DNA of 32,000 nucleotides from an uncultured Actinomycetes bacterium (GTDB lineage Bacteria; Actinomycetota; Actinomycetes; S36-B12; CAIYMF01): NCBI GenBank assembly GCA_963774745.1, contig CAVZGE010000011.1, positions 44,766 to 76,765 of the forward strand, read 5' to 3'. Shown piece by piece: positions 23,571 to 29,002 of this stretch (position 1 is its first letter; each line of letters starts with the position of its first letter). The notes under the pieces were generated by a model. It saw only the letters and a program-made list of their open reading frames with translations, ran no database searches and was not told where the DNA came from. The position numbers and the translations under genes were made by a program.

Positions 23571-26500
23571 GGCGCGGGTCAGTCCGACTCCGGCCAGGCG
23601 CTGGTCGAGCAGCCCGCGGATCGCCTGCGCGGGGCTGGCCTGGAACCCGGGCACCGGCTCGTCGTGCCACTGGAACAGCCACGGCTCCAGCTCGACCAGC
23701 CCGGCCAGCAGCGGCGTGATCCGGTCCGCGCCCCAGCCCTCGGCGTTGACCCGCTCCACGATCAACCGGGCCAGCGCCCGCGCCTGCTCCGCGTGGTCCC
23801 ACCCGGCCCAGCCGATCACCAGGCTGCCATCCCCCGACGGCTCCGCCCCCGGGTAGGAGACGAACCGCTCCTTGGGCACGTCCAGCTTCCCGCGGGCCTG
23901 CCAGTACGAGGCCCTCGTGAAGTCCTTGTTCGTGTACTTCGGCGGGACCGGGATCGCGACCTTCTCCCCCGCGTCCTCCCGACGCTGCAGCGCCCACACG
24001 TTCTCCCACTCCGCCCGCTTGCGCAGCCCGGAGTCGGTGTAGCGCAGCGCCGCCAGGTACGGGACGCACCTGTCCGCGACCAGCTTGCCGACGAGTGCGG
24101 CCAGGTTCGGGTCCTGCTCCCCGGTCAGCACCCGGGCCGCCTCCACCAGGTCCGCGTCGTGACGGACGGCGGCCGCGAGCTGCGCCGTCGACAGCACCCG
24201 CGGACCGCTCGCGTCGGACCACAGCGACGGCTCCTCCAACCGGTCGAGGATCCACTCGGAGACCGCCCGGGTCTCCATCACCTCCCACGACTCCGACGCC
24301 CACCGCCGCTTGAACTCCGGCCGCTCCAGCAGCCGGATCGCCGGGTTGGACGCGATCACGTCGAGGCGTCGCTGGACGGTAGCCCGGTAGTCGGCGGGCC
24401 AGTGGGCGGGGATCTCGGTGATCGGGACGCGACCCGTGCCGGTGTGAACCACGCCGTGTGACTCGTCGCCGGCCGCGACCCGCCGGGCCAGCACGATCTC
24501 GAACGCCCGCTCCCCCAGCGCGATGCCCGGCACCTCGCCCGCGATGGGTCAGGTCCTCGTCGATCAGGCCGTAGAGCCGGTAGACCTCCCAGTCGAGCTC
24601 CTCCTGCGCGGCGATCATCTCGGCGCGGATCCGCAGGTACTCGGCCCGGGCTGCGTCGAGAGCGGCACGGGACGGGGCACCCGCGGCGCACACCGCGGCT
24701 GGCGATCGACGCGGCCAACTGCTGGGCCAGGGAGTCCAGCCGGCGGCCCCACTCCAGGGGCAGCGCCGCGGGCAGCGGGAACTCCTCCAACTTCGTGCCC
24801 GTGAACTCGTAACCGTCGCTCCCAGGCTCATCTGCGATCCCGCCGCCGCATGCCCCACCGTCCGCCCTTGTTGTGGCAGACCTGCTTGAGCCAGAAGCAG
24901 GCCGTCGACGAGTTCAGCACCCCCAGCAACCCCAGGTGATCGTCCTCACTCGCCCCCGCCGGCAACTTGATCACCGGCGCGGACTGCTTGAACACCTTCC
25001 CACCCCGGTCCAGCACGAAGTGGTTGTGCGTCGCCACCTCCGCAAACGCGATCGACAACGGCGTCCGGAGCTTGCGACGCGATCATGCTGCCGACTCCGA
25101 CCAACGCAGCCCTCCTCCGTCGTAGCGCCTGCCGAACGTGGCGCTGTTCGCGAGGTGACGTCTCGCAGGGCCACATCCAGCGGCATCGCGCTCGGCATGC
25201 TCGACGGCACTGTCCGCGAGATCGGTCGTCGTATGCAGAAGACGCAGTCGGCTGCCTGCCGATCTGCGAAGTCCCGGACGACCTCGCCGACGACCATCGT
25301 CGGCACCAGTCGGCGTCAACGCCCGTAGTCGCTGAATGCGCCCGCGTCCGGCGAGGAAGACGTCGTCCTCCAGCGTGACGCTGGTGATGCCCGACGTAGC
25401 CGGTCGCTGACCACGCCCGCAGACCGCGCGGAGCTGGCATCCATCGGCTCCTTGACGTCGCCGGCACCACCACCAGCTGAGCGACCACGGGTGGGTCTTG
25501 AGGACGGTCCGGTCGAGGTCCGTGATCGGTGACGTACTCGCCGTCGAATCCGGGTTCGTCGATGTGGTCGACGATCTCGGTCCAGACCAGTCCCTTGGCG
25601 GGGTTGTCCGGCTGGCCGGGTTCACCGCGCACGCCGAGCACGGCGCGCACGGTCGGCGCCGACCGGGTCGGCGGCGACGTCCGACGAGGATGACGGTCGG
25701 GGTGCCGTGGCCGGGGATGTAGGCGCCGGAGGTGTCGATCACGTCGAGCAGGTCCACCGGGTTCGAGCGGGTCCGCCCCCGACAGCAGGCCCTCGATGAT
25801 CTTCGTGCCGAACTCGCGCTTCATGAACGAGTTGGACGTGATCTGCCCGACGAAGCCAGCTGGCAGCGTCGGCGCGTCGCCGCGGATCGCGAGCTGGAAG
25901 AACAGCTCCATGAACGGCACCGACAGCGCGTACTTGCCCGTTGGCAGGTGCTGTAGACCGCGCCGGTACGCCTCGTTGAGGGCCTTGTCCTTGACCGTGA
26001 TGTACGGCGGGTTGCCCACGACCACGTGGTACCGGCCGGCTTCGAGGATGCCGGGGTGCTCGTGGATGTCCTCGTTGCGGTAGTGGAAGGTGGCCGCCCC
26101 GGTGTCGTCGAACAGGGCGCCCTGGGCGACCCCGCCGAGCAGGGAGTCCCCGACCGCCAGGTGCAGGTCGTACGTCGGGCGCGTCCGCCAGCCGCGTGTA
26201 CCCGGCCGCGCGCAGGGCGGCGACCACCAGGCGGAAGCGGGCGATCGCCACCGCGAACGGGTTGATGTCCACGCCGTGCACCGAGTCCAGCGCGCGGCGC
26301 ACGTGCTCCCCCGCCGGGGCGCCCGGCTCGCGCTCCCGCCACGCGGCCAGCAGCCGGTCGAACGCGCCGAGCAGGAAGTGCCCGGACCCGCACGTCGGGT
26401 CGATCAGCCGCAGCCCGGGCAGCCCGAACTCGGCCAGTGCCGGGGTCAGGGTGCGGTCGAGGATGAACTCCTCGACGAAGGTCGGGGTCTGCAGCAGGGC

Positions 26501-27157
26501 GAACTTCTTCTTCGCCAGCTCGGAGAGGTCCTGGTACAGGTCGCCGAGGAACCGGGTGTCCAGGGTTGAGCTGTCCAGGGCGCGCAGGGGCTGACCGTCC
26601 GGGCCGGTCTGGCGCCAGTACCCCAGGATCTCCCGGCACGTGTCGTCACCGAGCGGCACCGACCACACCAGCGAGTGCTCGCGGTCCAGCACCCCGCCCG
26701 TGGCCGGCAGGTCGGCGAGGTGCCCGAACGCCTCCCGCAGCCAGTCGGCGGTGCCGCGGCGCGGGTCGGCGGCGTAGAACGCGGACTCCGCATCCACCGC
26801 CAACCGCAGACCCTCGCCCCGGCCGGCGATCCAGCGCCCGGCGACCAGGTCGTTGTCCTCGGCGAACCGGACGAACACCGCCGCCAGCACCCACGCGACC
26901 GCGCCCTGGGCGATCTCCCCGTCCCGCCACTCCGACCACGACAACCCCGTCCGCCCGGCAGCGAACGCCGTGTCGTACTCGTGACGCAACAGCATCGCCC
27001 ACGCGTCGGCAGGCGTCCGGGGAGCGAACTCCCACTCCAGGTCGTCGGGATTCCAGTCCTTTGTGACGGCGCCCGGCCCAAGCTCCGACCGCGCCCGCAG
27101 ATCAGCCTCCGCAGCGGCCACCTGCTTGCGCAGGTCGGCAGTCAGTTCCGCGCCCAT
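23508..27157 (-). pseudogene. pglX: BREX/Pgl N6-adenine DNA methyltransferase PglX, multiply frameshifted
   Basis: ATG 27157 with SD GGGGAG. The first ~330 aa are in one frame, including motif I LIDPTCGSGHFLLGAF. The frame then switches near 26170-26183, giving TYDLHLAVGDSLL..RYHVVVGNPPYITVKDK with motif IV NPPY. Further switches occur at 25755-25763 (VDLLDVIDTSGAYIPGHGTPTVILVG), ~25685 (VRAVLGVRGEPGQPDNPAKGLVWTEIVDHIDEPGFDGEYV), 25526-25533 (ITDLDRTVLKTHPWSLS) and 25473-25479 (GGGAGDVKEPMDA). Several more lie between 25400 and 25090, and there is an in-frame TGA at 25083-25085. The highly conserved-looking SIAFAEVATHNHFVLDRGGKVFKQSAPVIKLP..CFWLKQV follows. Later switches are at 24852-24868 (YEFTGTKLEEFPLPAALPLE), 24665-24712 (AEYLRIRAEMIAAQEELDWEVYRLYGLIDEDLT) and 24541-24550. 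The last ~345 aa run intact to TAG 23508. Confidence 0.85.
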
Positions 27158-27306
27158 GGTTCTCCCCGCTCGTCAGCCAACGCCTCTGGCGGGCAGTCCC
27201 ACGAAGGCGCCCGCCGCCCACGCCACAGTATCCACACCACGTGGCTCAGTGGCCCATGTACGCAGCCCGCCCCCCGGCGCGACCCTGCGGTGTCCGCCCC
27301 AGCAAG

Positions 27307-27312
27307 TAGGGT
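27307..27312 (+). promoter_or_regulatory. -10 box (TAGGGT) placed for a leaderless transcript of the HipA-like kinase gene
   Basis: TAGGGT-ccttcgc-GTG: TANNNT exactly 7 nt before GTG 27320, with no SD. It lies in the 162-nt divergent gap shared with pglX, which also holds the 8-bp palindrome CCACGTGG (~27237-27244). Confidence 0.35.
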
Positions 27313-27319
27313 CCTTCGC

Positions 27320-28168
27320 GTGACCGTGCCGCCCATCCCTGTCGTCGACGTGTCGGGCTGGTCGCCCCTGGAGGAGGCGGAGGAACCACTCGGTGCGCGC
27401 AAGAAGATGTGGATGTCCCCCGGCGATCCATCGGATGCCTGGCTCTGGAAGTCGGGTCGGGAGGCAGCGCTCCTGCCGGAACCGGGAGCCGACCTCTGGG
27501 CTGAAGTGATCGCTGCCCGGGTAGCGCCACTGCTCGGTGTGCCCGCTGCCGAGACCCGCCTCGCGGCTTGGGATGACTTGCACGGGATCGTCAGCCGCCG
27601 GGTCGCTGAGGACCTCGTCCACGGCAACGAGTTGCTCTCGGGCAAAGACCCGGCGTACGAGTTCGAGCGCACGGGGCTGGTCCCCGGCTATGACCTGCGC
27701 GGAATCGAAAGGGCCCTGGAGGGGTATCAGGGAGCCGAGCCTGGGCTGACGGCCTTCGAGTCGTTCGTGGGGCTGCTGATGTTCGACGGCCTGATCAGCA
27801 ATACCGACCGGCATCATGAGAACTGGGCGGTCATCGGGAGCCTTGGCATGCTGGCCCCCAGTTTCGATCACGGCGCCTCCCTCGGCTTCAACGTCCCGCC
27901 CGCGCGACGCATCGACCTCGCGCGGGTCGCCCGTGGCGGCCGCGCACGCCACTTCCCGGGCAAGCCGACGCCTGTGGACCTGGCCCTCAGCGCTCTGGGC
28001 GCAGTTCGGCCCGAGGTCCGCGACCTTTGGATCACACGGGTCCAGGAGTTGGACCTCGCTACCATCGAGACAGTCGTGCGCTCGCTGCCCACCGAGTGGA
28101 TGTCAGAGGGCGCCCGTACCTTTGTCATGGAGTTGCTGCGCGAGAACCGAAGGAGGCTCCTGGCATGA
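27320..28168 (+). CDS. HipA-family Ser/Thr kinase, catalytic core only (HipT-like)
   Basis: 282 aa from GTG 27320 (GTG 27326 is also possible). The catalytic loop LISNTDRHHENWAV fits the D-x-H-x-x-N pattern of HipA, and a downstream LAPSFDHGASLG provides the Mg-binding-type Asp. The N-terminal EEPLGARKKMWM resembles the HipA-like G-x-K-x-K-x-W nucleotide-loop region. No HipA N-terminal subdomain is present. The stop overlaps the next start (ATGA, 28165-28168). The portion of track ORF 26675..28168 upstream of 27320 is antisense to pglX and Arg/Pro-rich. Confidence 0.7.
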   Translation: MTVPPIPVVDVSGWSPLEEAEEPLGARKKMWMSPGDPSDAWLWKSGREAALLPEPGADLWAEVIAARVAPLLGVPAAETRLAAWDDLHGIVSRRVAEDLVHGNELLSGKDPAYEFERTGLVPGYDLRGIERALEGYQGAEPGLTAFESFVGLLMFDGLISNTDRHHENWAVIGSLGMLAPSFDHGASLGFNVPPARRIDLARVARGGRARHFPGKPTPVDLALSALGAVRPEVRDLWITRVQELDLATIETVVRSLPTEWMSEGARTFVMELLRENRRRLLA

Positions 28169-28932
28169 CTGCTACCGCTCTGGAGGGCCACCTACCCGAC
28201 CTCGCTGCCCCGGAGTGCTTCATGGTCCTGTGGCAGGACCCGCAGACGCGTCTGCACCTACGGGTCGGGACCTTGAGCCGGGTCGGCGGGGAATACGCGT
28301 TTCACTACGAGCGCACCCTCCCTCCCGGATTCCCGGGGTTCCCCAGCTTCCCCGACGTGGAGCAGGAGTACCGCTCCCCGCATCTGTTCCCCTTGTTTGC
28401 CAACCGGGTGATGACGCCGCGGCGTGAGGGGTACGCGCACTACCTGCACTCACTCGGCCTGGCTGGCGAGAGCGCCGATCCGTTCGAGGTCCTAGCCCGA
28501 ACCCTGGGCGCTCGAGCGACTGATCGCGTTCAGGTCGTGCCCATTCCGAACCTCACACCCGACGGCGTCGTGTCCTTCCGGTTCCTGGTGCATGGATGGC
28601 GATATGTGGACCCCCATGCTGAGCGCCTGCGCCATGTCCGCCCCGGCGACCGGCTGGAGCTGGTGCCTGAGCCCGGCAATGAGGTTTCGGAGCGCGCCGT
28701 GCTGGTCGGCCCCGAAAGCACTCGGAGTCGCGACGACGCGCTCGGCTACGTTCCCGACGCGCTGACGCCGCTGATCCATGAGTTGTGGCGAGTGAACGCC
28801 GTGTACCGGGTCACGGCCGAGCATGTGAACCTGCCGGGCACATCCTCGGTTGCCGACCGGATGCGCCTACTCGCCCGCCTGGATGCGCTGTGCCCGGAAG
28901 GCACGGAACCGACATCGGTGCTGGGCCGCTGA
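28165..28932 (+). CDS. HipA-N-terminal-like (HipS-like) domain fused to a HIRAN domain
   Basis: 255 aa from ATG 28165, with SD GAAGGAGG 9 nt upstream. N-terminal segments align by eye to E. coli HipA residues ~10-110: RVGTLSRVGGEYAFHYERTL, HLFPLFANRVMTPRREGY and DPFEVLARTLGARATDRVQVVP. The C-terminal half fits the HIRAN pattern (FRFLVHGWRYVD..VRPGDRLELVPEPGNEVSERAVLV..ALGYVPDALTPLIHEL). Confidence 0.65.
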   Translation: MTATALEGHLPDLAAPECFMVLWQDPQTRLHLRVGTLSRVGGEYAFHYERTLPPGFPGFPSFPDVEQEYRSPHLFPLFANRVMTPRREGYAHYLHSLGLAGESADPFEVLARTLGARATDRVQVVPIPNLTPDGVVSFRFLVHGWRYVDPHAERLRHVRPGDRLELVPEPGNEVSERAVLVGPESTRSRDDALGYVPDALTPLIHELWRVNAVYRVTAEHVNLPGTSSVADRMRLLARLDALCPEGTEPTSVLGR

Positions 28933-28936
28933 GCGA

Positions 28937-28971
28937 GCTATTCCGACTTGGTGACTCCAAGTCGGAATAGC
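28937..28971. terminator. perfect 15-bp hairpin between the convergent HIRAN gene and pglW
   Basis: GCTATTCCGACTTGG-tgact-CCAAGTCGGAATAGC. It starts 5 nt after the HIRAN-gene stop and ends 32 nt before the pglW stop (TAA 29003-29005). The stem is unusually AT-rich for this sequence and there is no U-tract. Confidence 0.55.
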
Positions 28972-29002
28972 GCTGGGCATGTTCTCACCTGGCTCTTCCC
29001 CG

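Noticed and set aside
23344-24858. 504-aa minus-strand ORF considered as a separate gene at the pglX 3' region
   Set aside because: Only a short stretch (..AEYLRIRAEMIAAQEELDWEVYRLYGLIDEDLT..) is protein-like, and it is one of the displaced pglX fragments. The rest is Arg/Gly/Pro-rich out-of-frame reading, including across the nuclease gene start.
23508-27274. A long homopolymer (G-tract) phase-variation switch in pglX, as described for S. coelicolor
   Set aside because: I looked for one, but the longest runs in or next to the gene are only 5-6 nt (a C5 run at 25776-25780 and a C6 run at 27269-27274 in the promoter gap). The gene has many independent lesions, which does not fit a single reversible switch.
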